From Gammaproteobacteria bacterium (GTDB lineage Bacteria > Pseudomonadota > Gammaproteobacteria > Eutrophobiales > Eutrophobiaceae): DNA of 64,000 nucleotides. The stretch covers positions 3,244,639 to 3,308,638 of the forward strand of contig OZ241347.1 in assembly GCA_965200295.1 (NCBI GenBank). The letters are read 5' to 3'. Every line of letters starts with the position of its first letter. The first letter of the stretch is position 1. This document shows positions 39,378-48,607 of the stretch, piece after piece. Made by a program: the position numbers and the translations under genes. The notes beneath the pieces are model-generated. The model did not search any database. It was not told the DNA's origin and saw only the letters and a list, made by a program, of their open reading frames with translations.

Positions 39378-40718
39378 TCAACTGCGGCGGCGTTGTTTCA
39401 GGCTCTCTTCCAGTTGTTTCTTGCGTTCTTTTTCACTGTTGACGTAGCCGAGCCAGGTTTGTGCGGCCTTGTAGCTGCGCTCGTCCTTGCTGGCTTCGGC
39501 GAAGGCTGCGATGGAGGCGTCGAACTTCTGTATCTCAAACAGAGCCAGACCCAGCATGATGTTGGCCTGGTCGCTACGCTTGAGGCCGCCTTTCTTGAAT
39601 GCCGTGCGCAATGACGCCACGGCTTCGTCATACCGGTACAGGTTGATATAGGCCTGAGCCAGACGCATATCCAGCTCGCCGTCCTTGGACAGCTTGGCAG
39701 CTTGTATCAACGGCGGGAGTGATTTTTCATTTTCCTGGGCCTGTAACCAGGCTTGCGAAAGCAGCCTTAAGTTCCTGATATTTTGCTCTATTTTTTCCTC
39801 TTTCATGCCCTTGTCCAGCAATACTGCCGCCTTGTAGGGCGCCTCGTGCAACATGTACAGGTTAGCCAGATTCAACTGCTGGTTGCCCCGTTCCAACTGC
39901 CCGGCTTCATACAGCATCTCCAGGATGGACATCTGCTTGTCCAGACGCTTGAGCTCGGAATAGGTGCCGGCCATGGTCAACCAGTATTCCTGCTTGGGGT
40001 AATATTCGACCAGTTCCTTGAGTACTGCGAGCATGTTCTCATAATCGTTGAGATTGAAATAATCCACGCGCAACAGCAGCAACAGGTTTTCCTTAGGTAT
40101 ATCGCCGCGTGCCTTGACCATGGCGTAAGCCTTTTTCAACGGCACCAGCGAGTTCTCGTATTCTTCCAACTGGTAGTAACCCTGACCCAGCAGCATATAG
40201 GCATTTTCAGTCGGCTTTTCCGTCACCGCGAACCACTTGTTGATGATGTCCACCGCCTTGCGATAGTTCTCGATAATAAAATACAACTGGGCAAGGGTGT
40301 ATAAGGAATTGGTTTCCAGCGCTTCGGGCAGGTCGGGTTGTGCCAGCACCTGCTCATACGACGCAATGGCGTCTTCGTATCGTTCCAGGGTGAAATACGT
40401 GTAAGCAAAGTAATTGTACAACTGTGCCTTTTCGTAGTTCGACAGCTTGGGTTCCCGGGCCAGATCGTCCAGGGCTGCCAGGCCCTCCTCGTAGTTTTTG
40501 GCCTCGATCAATTCCTGCGCTTCGGTCAACTTCTTGTAAACCTTCTCGCTCATAGAAGGGGTTTTGCGGGTCTTGCGCTCCTTGCCCCCCGCTGAGCCTT
40601 CCTGCGCCACCACCGCCGGCGTCGTGGCGGTAATGAATACGGGCAACAGCGCCAGCGCACAGGCCAGCAAGACGCTGCGTATGAAAAGAGATTTAACTGC
40701 CGTGCAAAAAATACCCAT
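39378..40718 (-). CDS. TPR-repeat protein at the end of the TonB cluster (TtpD-like position)
   Basis: Signal-like N-terminus and multiple TPR-like A..Y....Y..A repeats. Directly downstream of tonB. The start is chosen at MGIFCTAV. Confidence 0.7.
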   Translation of the reverse strand: MGIFCTAVKSLFIRSVLLACALALLPVFITATTPAVVAQEGSAGGKERKTRKTPSMSEKVYKKLTEAQELIEAKNYEEGLAALDDLAREPKLSNYEKAQLYNYFAYTYFTLERYEDAIASYEQVLAQPDLPEALETNSLYTLAQLYFIIENYRKAVDIINKWFAVTEKPTENAYMLLGQGYYQLEEYENSLVPLKKAYAMVKARGDIPKENLLLLLRVDYFNLNDYENMLAVLKELVEYYPKQEYWLTMAGTYSELKRLDKQMSILEMLYEAGQLERGNQQLNLANLYMLHEAPYKAAVLLDKGMKEEKIEQNIRNLRLLSQAWLQAQENEKSLPPLIQAAKLSKDGELDMRLAQAYINLYRYDEAVASLRTAFKKGGLKRSDQANIMLGLALFEIQKFDASIAAFAEASKDERSYKAAQTWLGYVNSEKERKKQLEESLKQRRRS

Positions 40719-40764
40719 GAGTATCAATCTCCGTACTATATCTAACGTTACCAATCGGTCTATG

Positions 40765-40796
40765 CCCGTCATTCCTGCACAAGCAGGAATGACAAG
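40765..40796. repeat. REP-like hairpin
   Basis: gtcattcctgcacaagcaggaatgac has a perfect 11-bp stem. It is related to the hairpin at 17475-17497. Confidence 0.6.
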
Positions 40797-40820
40797 CCAT
40801 GATGCGGCATGACCGCGCCG

Positions 40821-41450
40821 CTAATCTTCCAGTTCAAACGTAATCTTGTTCTGCACGCCCGGCACTTCGATGGGCTGTCCCTCAACGACTCGCGGCTTGT
40901 ACTTGAACTTGGCAGCCGCAGCAATGGAGGCCCTGTCAAAAACACCCGGCGGCACCGACTCGACCACGCGGATATCCTTGGTGGTGCCCGATTTGGTCAC
41001 GGTGAACTCAACGATGACGTAACCCTCAATGCCGCGTGACTGCGCGCGCCGCGGATAAATAGGCTGAACCTTAACGATAGGCAGGTATTCACCATCGCTG
41101 GGCGCTAAGCCAAAGCCGCTTGCATCCAGGTTGATGTTGGTGTTTACGGGCGCTGCCGACACCTGTACGCTCTGCGCTTCCGGCGTCACGTTATCCATTG
41201 ACGGCGGCGGGGGTTCCGGGGGCGGCTGATCCGGCGGCGGGGGTTTCTTGGGCGGCGGCTTGCGGCGGTTGACCACCTCTTCCGGGTTGATCCGCACAAA
41301 CTCAAGCATCCTGCCGGGGTCGTCATGGTCCAGGTCGCGGTCAGCGATGTTAATCAGGTATTGCATCAGCCAGAACAGGCCGAATACGACCATCAGGGCG
41401 CACGCGCCGGCGATAAAGTAACGGCCTGCAGTGAGGGTACGCGCAACCAT
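40821..41450 (-). CDS. tonB: TonB family energy transducer
   Basis: N-terminal TM segment, Pro-rich spacer (KPPPKKPPPPDQPPPEPPPP) and a C-terminal TonB domain (YPRRAQSRGIEGYVIVEFTV). Confidence 0.85.
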   Translation of the reverse strand: MVARTLTAGRYFIAGACALMVVFGLFWLMQYLINIADRDLDHDDPGRMLEFVRINPEEVVNRRKPPPKKPPPPDQPPPEPPPPSMDNVTPEAQSVQVSAAPVNTNINLDASGFGLAPSDGEYLPIVKVQPIYPRRAQSRGIEGYVIVEFTVTKSGTTKDIRVVESVPPGVFDRASIAAAAKFKYKPRVVEGQPIEVPGVQNKITFELED

Positions 41451-41459
41451 CGCCGGCGC

Positions 41460-41861
41460 TCAGTTCTCGGCGGCCAGCGCGATGTTATAGACGCCGGCCT
41501 GACGCACCGCGTCCATGACCTCGACCAGCATCTTGTTCTTGGATTCCTCATCGGCCTGTATCACCACCGACCCTTGCGGATTCTCGGCGCGCAAGCGTTT
41601 GATGTTCGGAACCACGGAACGGATGTCGATCTTGCGGCGATCCAGCCAGATACTGTTATTGGCGTCAATGGCGATCAGGATGTTCGCCTTCTTCTTCACT
41701 TCCGCAGTCGGCGCATCGGGTTTGTTGACATCGATGCCGGCTTCCTTGACGAAGGTCGCAGTGACGATGAAGAAAATCAGCATGATGAAGACAATGTCGA
41801 TCAGCGGCGTGATGTTTACTTCTGATTCGTCATCAGCGGAGACACTGGTGATTCTACGCAT
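41460..41861 (-). CDS. exbD: ExbD/TolR family biopolymer transport protein
   Basis: EVNITPLIDIVFIMLIFFIV motif. 133 aa. Confidence 0.9.
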   Translation of the reverse strand: MRRITSVSADDESEVNITPLIDIVFIMLIFFIVTATFVKEAGIDVNKPDAPTAEVKKKANILIAIDANNSIWLDRRKIDIRSVVPNIKRLRAENPQGSVVIQADEESKNKMLVEVMDAVRQAGVYNIALAAEN

Positions 41862-41927
41862 AATTGTATTCCTCGTTGGTACGCCGGATGTTAGTACTAA
41901 TGGTAACCTCTAATTTTTAGAGGCGCC

Positions 41928-42509
41928 CTAATGGTCCATGGTCAGGCGCTCGCTCAGTTTTTCAACTTCGGAGTCAGCCCTGCTCTGTAACCCGACACTG
42001 ATAAAGTAACCGGACAACGCCGCCACCATACCGGACATGGTCGGCACTGTTGCCTGCGACACGCCGGCGGCCATGGCCCGGGCATTGCCGGTACCCAGGA
42101 ACGCCATCACCTCAAACACGGTAACCATGCCGGTCACCGTGCCAAGCAAGCCGACCAGCGGGCACAGCGCGACACAGACTTTGATCGTGCCGAGGAACTG
42201 GTTGGCCTGAATCCTGACATCCGAGATCATGGCCTCCCGTACCCGATGTGCGTTCCAGGAGACTCTTTCTGCGCGTGCATCCCAGCGTTTGATTGCGTCC
42301 CTGGACAGGCGCCACTGTTGTGTGGAAAAGAAAATCAGCCGTTCCACGATGCACAACCACATAATGGCCAGCACCACCGCCACCAGGTACAGCACCGGCC
42401 CGCCCAGTTCCAGGAAGTCACGAATGGCTTCCCACATGTTGATGAAGCCCTGTTCCAGGCCCACCAGCGAGGTGATACCGCGCAGGATTGAATAGATAAG
42501 ATCAGTCAT
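41928..42509 (-). CDS. exbB: MotA/TolQ/ExbB proton-channel protein
   Basis: GLLGTVTGMV and ATVPTMSGMVAA motifs. The start is set at MTDLIYS to avoid overlap with the upstream gene. Confidence 0.85.
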   Translation of the reverse strand: MTDLIYSILRGITSLVGLEQGFINMWEAIRDFLELGGPVLYLVAVVLAIMWLCIVERLIFFSTQQWRLSRDAIKRWDARAERVSWNAHRVREAMISDVRIQANQFLGTIKVCVALCPLVGLLGTVTGMVTVFEVMAFLGTGNARAMAAGVSQATVPTMSGMVAALSGYFISVGLQSRADSEVEKLSERLTMDH

Positions 42510-42537
42510 TATGTCGTTAGCTGTTGCGGCGGTGTCT

Positions 42538-43914
42538 TCACGCAGCCTTGTGCTGCTGCTCTGAAGCCTGGGCCACAAAGCCGGTAGCCTGACCTTCCAG
42601 TATTTCGATAATCCTGCGGCTTTGGCCTGCCATCATGCTGTGCAGGAACACCGTAGGAATGGCTACGCACAAGCCCAGCATGGTAGTGATCAAGGCCTGG
42701 GAAATACCGCCGGCCATGAGTTTCGGATCACCGGTGCCGAACAGGGTGATGGACTGGAACGTAACGATCATGCCAATCACCGTACCTAACAGGCCGAGCA
42801 ACGGCGCCACCACGGAGATAACCTTGATCAACGTGTTCAAGCGGCTCAGCTTGGGCACTTCCCGCAACACCGCCTCGCCCATCTTCAATTCCAGCGATTC
42901 CACATCGATATCCTTGTTTTCGTGGTAGGCCAGCAACACCCGACCTAATGGGTTTTTGGCGGACGGGTTACCCAGATTGCGCACCTGGCTTTGCACTGAC
43001 ATGCTGACGGTCATCATGTAGAGAATCCTGAGCAGCGCCACGGCAATGCCGAAAATGCCCAGACCGATGATGATCCAACCGACCGTGCCACCCTGGGTGG
43101 TGGAGCGCTCATACCAGCTTGGCACGTCAACCAGCTGCGCCAGCAACTGCCCCTTGGTCGGGTCCAGCCCGATCGAGACGAAGCCGTCTTCAACCTCAGT
43201 CAGCTCTTCAGCGCCTTTGACAAACCGGTCTTCGGGCTGACGCAGCAACTCGGAGATGGTCTGTGTTTCCGGGTCGTATTTCAGGTACTTGCCGTCGGCA
43301 ATCAGGTTAAATACACCTACCCGGATGATTTCTTTTTGCAATTCCTCCCCGTCCGGCATGATGACATTGCCCTGGAAGCGCTTGACCTTGCCGGTTTCGG
43401 TCATTTCCCGCTGGATCTCGAACCAGAGTTGCTCGATTTCTTCCAGCGAAGCCAACTCGCTGCCAGAACCCATCTTCTCAGCCAGTTCGGTGAGAAAATC
43501 GCCGCGTCCGGGGTATTCGATATTGGTCAATGAGGCGTCGAACGTGGCGCGGGAATCGCCGGCCGCAGTCTGCAACACGCCGAACAGTTCCTTCAATGAG
43601 CCCAGCGCCTGCTGCAAGTCCTGCTTCAACAGGTCTATGTCGTCCTGGTTGGCTTCAAATTGCTTTTCCAGGGCCTCACTGATTGCCTCCTGCGCAGCCC
43701 GTTCGTTATTGGCCTGTTGCAACAGGCCGGCCTGTCTGCCCTTGTTCTGCTTGAACTCTTCTTCCCGGGCCTGATTTTCTTTTGATTCATCGATCCGACC
43801 CTGTTGCACCTGTTGCAGCAACGCGTCCAGGGACATTGCGTCCTGCGCCAGCGATGCGGGCGCAAGGAAGCAGGCAATCAAACCGCTGAGAACTGTGTGT
43901 CTGAAGTTTGTCAT
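42538..43914 (-). CDS. Large MotA/TolQ/ExbB-domain protein with a long periplasmic N-terminal region (TtpC-like)
   Basis: Signal peptide, coiled-coil-like N-terminal half and a C-terminal ExbB-type channel domain (LLGLLGTVIGMI..., ALITTMLGL). Confidence 0.8.
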   Translation of the reverse strand: MTNFRHTVLSGLIACFLAPASLAQDAMSLDALLQQVQQGRIDESKENQAREEEFKQNKGRQAGLLQQANNERAAQEAISEALEKQFEANQDDIDLLKQDLQQALGSLKELFGVLQTAAGDSRATFDASLTNIEYPGRGDFLTELAEKMGSGSELASLEEIEQLWFEIQREMTETGKVKRFQGNVIMPDGEELQKEIIRVGVFNLIADGKYLKYDPETQTISELLRQPEDRFVKGAEELTEVEDGFVSIGLDPTKGQLLAQLVDVPSWYERSTTQGGTVGWIIIGLGIFGIAVALLRILYMMTVSMSVQSQVRNLGNPSAKNPLGRVLLAYHENKDIDVESLELKMGEAVLREVPKLSRLNTLIKVISVVAPLLGLLGTVIGMIVTFQSITLFGTGDPKLMAGGISQALITTMLGLCVAIPTVFLHSMMAGQSRRIIEILEGQATGFVAQASEQQHKAA

Positions 43915-43927
43915 GTCCGTGTCTCCT

Positions 43928-44707
43928 CTATTCCGCGGCGCTGACCGGCAGGATAAAAATGTCGGGGGGAAGTTGCTTGCGGGCGATTTTCAAGCCCTGG
44001 CGGATATAGTTGCGGAACTCCGGGGCTTCGAGCGGCGCCCACTGGCGCGTCGCCTGGTCCCAAACCCCGTTCTCCTTGCCGTCGTCGGTCTGGTAAACCA
44101 GCACCATGCGGCCAAAGCGAAGGATGTTCACCGGCCGCTCCTGACCGTTGATTTCCAGTACTTCGCTGTACTCATCCAGGTCGCTGCCGTAGCTGGTCTC
44201 AATGCGATAAGCCTCCAGCACCAGACGCAGTTTTTCCGCGGCGCTGATGCCGGCATCGCCGATATAGGCTTTCAGGTCGGCGACGCGTTTGCGGCGTTCT
44301 TCCAGATGGAACGGGCGGTCGAGTTCGACAAACTGTTCCAGGGCATTTGCCATTCTGAGCATGAGCGGGAAGATCTGCCGTTCCACTACCGCGATTTCAT
44401 CGATGGATTCACGAATCGTGAGCTTTTCCTGATTCTGGTCGTCCACCTGTTTCTGCAGCAACGCGTTATAGACCTTGAGGCCATCGATCACTTTCAATTC
44501 ACGCCGGTAGCGCGAGACCAGCTTCTCCGTCTCGCCGGCAGTGGCGTCGATGCGCTGTTGTGACTCCACCGCATCCTGGTTGCGGGCCAGCCCTTCGCCC
44601 ACGACCTGCTCAATCTGATCCTGGGCCGACACCGCCGAACTGAATCCGACAAGTACACCCAACATTAATAGCTTTCTGCAAGCTACTAATAGCTTAGTAG
44701 TATCCAT
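43928..44707 (-). CDS. DUF3450-like periplasmic coiled-coil protein (TtpB-like position)
   Basis: Signal peptide and coiled-coil sequence. First gene of the six-gene TonB cluster. An alternative start lies at 44743. Confidence 0.65.
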   Translation of the reverse strand: MDTTKLLVACRKLLMLGVLVGFSSAVSAQDQIEQVVGEGLARNQDAVESQQRIDATAGETEKLVSRYRRELKVIDGLKVYNALLQKQVDDQNQEKLTIRESIDEIAVVERQIFPLMLRMANALEQFVELDRPFHLEERRKRVADLKAYIGDAGISAAEKLRLVLEAYRIETSYGSDLDEYSEVLEINGQERPVNILRFGRMVLVYQTDDGKENGVWDQATRQWAPLEAPEFRNYIRQGLKIARKQLPPDIFILPVSAAE

Positions 44708-44827
44708 AAGACAATAACCTCCCCGGGGATTATTTAGGGTCAATTATAAAAACCTGTTTCAAAATGGCCTGTGCTGCGTCCGTGTGCCACTCTACTATAA
44801 ACGACAAAGCCGTGCAAACACAAATCC

Positions 44828-44977
44828 GGCCACCTCTAAAAATTAGAGGTGGCCGTGCAGCATAGGGATGTGCTGCCATTTTTAAGCACGTAAGAGCTTG
44901 AAAATGAAGGAAACGGAAAATCGCACTTTTCCGTTTCCGTCTCTAAAAATGCCACGGAGGGCATTTTTAGAGGTTCC
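44828..44977 (-). repeat. Five-hairpin MITE-like element, copy E (inverted orientation)
   Basis: ggccacctctaaaaattagaggtggccgtgcagcatagggatgtgctgcc...tctaaaaatgccacggagggcatttttagaggttccc. Confidence 0.85.
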
Positions 44978-45022
44978 CATCCGGGAATTGCGTAAAGTGT
45001 GCGTGTGTGCGATTCTGCCTTA

Positions 45023-46081
45023 ATGTCGGAACATCATTCCTGCGCGCAAATCCGGTCCGTGCTGGCGGCTTATACCCTGGAGCCGGTGCGGGTGCAACCC
45101 ATTGTGTCCGGCCTCATCAACAAAACCTACCGGGTCACGGCCACGGACGGCCAGGATTACATACTGCAAGCGGTGCATCCGATGTTTCCGGCCGCGGTCA
45201 ACCTGGATATCGATGTGGTCACCCGCCACTTGCAGCGCACCGGCCTGTCGGCGCCGCGCTTGCTGCAACACCGCGCCGGGGCGGTGTATCACCACCGCGA
45301 CGGTGGCGTATGGCGGTTGTTCAATTACATCGATGGCACGGTCCATGAGCGCCTGCAACAACCGGCGCTGGCCGGGGCGGCCGGGGCGCTGCTGGGGCGC
45401 GTGCATCACGCGCTGGCACAGCTTGATTATGACTTGCGGGCGCCCAAACCGGATGTGCATGACACGTCGCGCCATCTGCGACACCTGCAACAAACCCTGA
45501 AAACGCGCGGCAACCACAGCAACTATGCGCGCCTCAAACCCCTGGGTGAGGCCATCCTCGAACGTTTACGTCAGGCGCCAGCGCTGCCCGACACGGTCCC
45601 GCGACTGGTGCACGGCGACCCCAAGATTTCCAACTTCATATTCAGCGCTGATAACCGGGAAGCGCTGTGCATGGTCGATTTCGATACCCTTAACCGGATG
45701 CCTGTTTACCTGGAACTGGGTGATGCATTGCGATCCTGGTGCAATCCGTGCGGGGAAGATCACGCGCACAGCTATTTTTCCATGGCACATTGCCGCGCCG
45801 CGCTGACCGGTTATGCCCAACATGTCGGGACGCTGCTCACCCCGCCGGAGTGGCGCGCCATTCCGGCCGCGACGCTGGTTATCTGCTTGGAACTGGCTGC
45901 CCGTTTCTGCGCCGATGCCTTAAATGAAGATTATTTTTCCTGGGATCCGCAACGTTTCGACAGCCACAGCGAGCATAGTGAAACCCGGGCGAAGAGCCAG
46001 TTCAACATGGCCGGCTCCCTGCTGGAACAGTATGAAGAAATGAGTGATATGGTTATGGGTAATAGTAACACCCCACGGTAA
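45023..46081 (+). CDS. Phosphotransferase-family (APH/choline/homoserine-kinase-like) protein
   Basis: Brenner-type motif LVHGDPKISNFIF followed by MVDFDT. Confidence 0.7.
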   Translation: MSEHHSCAQIRSVLAAYTLEPVRVQPIVSGLINKTYRVTATDGQDYILQAVHPMFPAAVNLDIDVVTRHLQRTGLSAPRLLQHRAGAVYHHRDGGVWRLFNYIDGTVHERLQQPALAGAAGALLGRVHHALAQLDYDLRAPKPDVHDTSRHLRHLQQTLKTRGNHSNYARLKPLGEAILERLRQAPALPDTVPRLVHGDPKISNFIFSADNREALCMVDFDTLNRMPVYLELGDALRSWCNPCGEDHAHSYFSMAHCRAALTGYAQHVGTLLTPPEWRAIPAATLVICLELAARFCADALNEDYFSWDPQRFDSHSEHSETRAKSQFNMAGSLLEQYEEMSDMVMGNSNTPR

Positions 46082-46389
46082 AATTCTGATGGCAAAATTC
46101 TGATTGACTCACACATTACGCCTGTTTAGAATGCCCGCAAACGGAGGTTTCCGTCCACGCGGAGACCCCTGAACAGGAGCCTCTGAAGACGCCCGTCCCG
46201 GCATTTTCGGAAGCGCTGATGTATAACTATAATGATGCTGTTGCTGAAGGAAATGCCAGGAGTACGCTACAAGAGGATGGACCTGCCTGTACTGAATCCT
46301 GAACAGGCTGGCGCGATACCGGAATGTGTTGGCGCCCCTGTGGGCGCGCGTTTATCCTCCGTACCGGCAACCCTGTCACTATTACTGCG

Positions 46390-47547
46390 ATGGAATGCTC
46401 CCTGACCCGCACTCCAGCATGTGTCTGCGCGCCTGCCCAGCGTCCGGAACGTCGCTACCTGACCATCCTGTTCTGTGATCTGGTCGGTTATACGTACCTG
46501 ACCACCCGCCTGGACCCGGAAAACCTGCTGCAACTGATCCGCTCATATCGGCGCCTGTGCACCGAGATTATCACCAATCATGGCGGTTTCATCGCCCATT
46601 TCATTGGGGATGGCGTGATGATTTATTTTGGCTATCCGCGCACCCGTGAAGATGACGCTGAGCGGGCGGTAGGCGCGGCGCTGAATTTGCTCAAGGCGCT
46701 TAACGGGCGCAACTTTTCCTGCGGTGAAGCGAGGCAGAACAGTATCTCCATACGCATGGGCATCGCCTCCGGCCTGGTGCTGCTCGACGTTCCCAACGAA
46801 ATAGTCATTGGCGCAGCGCCGAACCTGGCCGCGCGACTTCAGGCTGCGGCACAACCCGACACCATCGTCATCAGCGACGCGACCCGTAGCATGGTCAAGA
46901 ACCTGTTCCGGCTGCAAAACGTCGGCATGTACTCGCTGCACGGGTACCAACAACCCATCAGGCTGTGGCGGGTCATCAGCAAGGTGCACACGCGCAACCT
47001 CGCCGCCGTACCGGTCAACCTGTCCGAACCGTTGAGTCATGCGGCCGCAGCGACGTTTATCCGGCGCCTTGCCGGCAAGCGCCGCCTGCCGCCTCACATC
47101 AGTCAGGAAATTATTACCAGAAGTGATGGCATCCCCTTGTTTCTGAAAGAACTAACCAGGGCGGCGCTACACACATCGGGCAGCGCCGACAGCCCGTCGC
47201 CAGCGCTAGTGGGGGAGCCAGAAATACCCGAAAAAGTGTGTGCCATGTTAATGGCGAAACTGGACCGGCAACCGCTTCAAACCCGCTGCGCGGCACAGAT
47301 TGGCGCAACCCTGGGGCGCGAGTTCGGTTACGCGCTGCTTGCGGCGCTATGGCCGTACCCGCGCGCGCAACTCGACCACGCGCTGGAGCTGCTGTGTGGC
47401 GCCGAAGTGTTGGTACAGATGGGAACGGGGAATGACGCCAACTACCGCTTCAAGTGGGGCTTGATGCAGGAAGTGGCGTACCAGAGTACATTAAAAGAGG
47501 TGCGACAGGGGTTGCGCAGGCAAATAGACCGAATTGATACGAATTAA
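46390..47547 (+). CDS. Class III adenylate/guanylate cyclase domain protein with a C-terminal remnant of a STAND-ATPase-type extension
   Basis: Cyclase motifs ILFCDLVGYT, GDGVMIYFGYP and RMGIASG. The downstream GIPLFLKELT motif occurs without any P-loop. The start is uncertain (46324 or 46390). Confidence 0.75.
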   Translation: MECSLTRTPACVCAPAQRPERRYLTILFCDLVGYTYLTTRLDPENLLQLIRSYRRLCTEIITNHGGFIAHFIGDGVMIYFGYPRTREDDAERAVGAALNLLKALNGRNFSCGEARQNSISIRMGIASGLVLLDVPNEIVIGAAPNLAARLQAAAQPDTIVISDATRSMVKNLFRLQNVGMYSLHGYQQPIRLWRVISKVHTRNLAAVPVNLSEPLSHAAAATFIRRLAGKRRLPPHISQEIITRSDGIPLFLKELTRAALHTSGSADSPSPALVGEPEIPEKVCAMLMAKLDRQPLQTRCAAQIGATLGREFGYALLAALWPYPRAQLDHALELLCGAEVLVQMGTGNDANYRFKWGLMQEVAYQSTLKEVRQGLRRQIDRIDTN

Positions 47548-48307
47548 GCTGAAAAGCTTACAGGAGGGGATACCAGTGACAAAAAGAGCCATTGAAATAT
47601 CGGCAGGCCTGTTATCTGCAATTGAGGTGTTTTATGACCTCTCCAGTTATGACCGCAAGGTGGTCGCAGACCGCTGTCGCGGCTTCCGGTTTGCACCCGG
47701 AGATACCATCACCGCTTGTGACGACATTTACAGCGACGTTTATTTCATTATCAGCGGCAAGGTGCGCATCACATTTTATTCATCTTCAGGACGGGAAGTC
47801 TATTTTGGCGAACAGCAAGCCGGTGGGATGTTCGGTGAAGTCGCAGCAGTGGACCGGAAACCCCGCTCCGCCTGCGTGGTGAGCGAGGACGAAACCATAC
47901 TTGCGGCCATGACCGCCGATAACTTTTCCTGGATCATGCAGTTGTATCCCTCGATCATGACCCGTACCCTGATCCGCTTTGCCGAGCTGGTCAGGCATTT
48001 GTCGCAGCGCGTGGTTGAGTTCAGTTCCCTGGACGTCAGAAACCGGCTGTATGCAGAGCTGTTACGATTGGCCTGGGATAACCTGAATGACGCCGACAAT
48101 ACCGCAACCATTTCGCCGGCGCCCAGACAACTGGAACTGGCCAACCGTATCAGCAGCCATCGCGAAGCCGTTTCGCGCGAGATGACGGAACTCACCTCAG
48201 CCGGCGTGATACGCAAGGGCGGGAACTGCTTGCGCATCAATGACGTTGGCCGCCTGGAAAATATGGTGCGTGAAACCGCGGCAAGGTATAAAAAAGCATC
48301 GGTCTGA
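47534..48307 (+). CDS. Crp/Fnr family transcriptional regulator (cNMP-binding domain plus C-terminal HTH)
   Basis: FGEVAAVDRKPRSACVV cNMP-binding-like motif and C-terminal HTH SHREAVSREMTELTSAGVI. Overlaps the cyclase gene end; the start is uncertain. Confidence 0.8.
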   Translation: MIRIKLKSLQEGIPVTKRAIEISAGLLSAIEVFYDLSSYDRKVVADRCRGFRFAPGDTITACDDIYSDVYFIISGKVRITFYSSSGREVYFGEQQAGGMFGEVAAVDRKPRSACVVSEDETILAAMTADNFSWIMQLYPSIMTRTLIRFAELVRHLSQRVVEFSSLDVRNRLYAELLRLAWDNLNDADNTATISPAPRQLELANRISSHREAVSREMTELTSAGVIRKGGNCLRINDVGRLENMVRETAARYKKASV

Positions 48308-48356
48308 GCCGGTTTTATTAAAAATCTGGTCGGTTTTGCATTTTTTTTCGCAAAAA

Positions 48357-48372
48357 TGTGACTTTTCTCACA
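48357..48372. promoter_or_regulatory. Perfect CRP-consensus palindrome TGTGA-N6-TCACA
   Basis: tgtgacttttctcaca, 50 nt downstream of the Crp-family gene stop. Confidence 0.5.
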
Positions 48373-48607
48373 GACATTAACTAAAAATACCGGCAGACTC
48401 GTCCTGCCTGTCCACAAGATGGAGCTTGTTACGAACTCATCACATTTTGCTGGACAACACCGGCACAGGAAGCGCCGGGGCAGCGCCGGAATTGCCATGA
48501 CCGGCGGCGCCGCGTTCGCCCGGGAGTCCGACAGGAGGTCGTACTGCCGGGTGACTTTAGGGAACCTGATTTTTAGAAATGCCCTTTAGCGGCGCCCCTG
48601 AAAATGC

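Noticed and set aside
48419-48595. Small ORF (~58 codons, MELVTNSSHFAGQHRHRKRRGS...) downstream of the CRP-like site
   Set aside because: It is below the ORF-track threshold and Arg-rich, has no RBS, and ends inside a degenerate repeat fragment. There is no evidence of coding.
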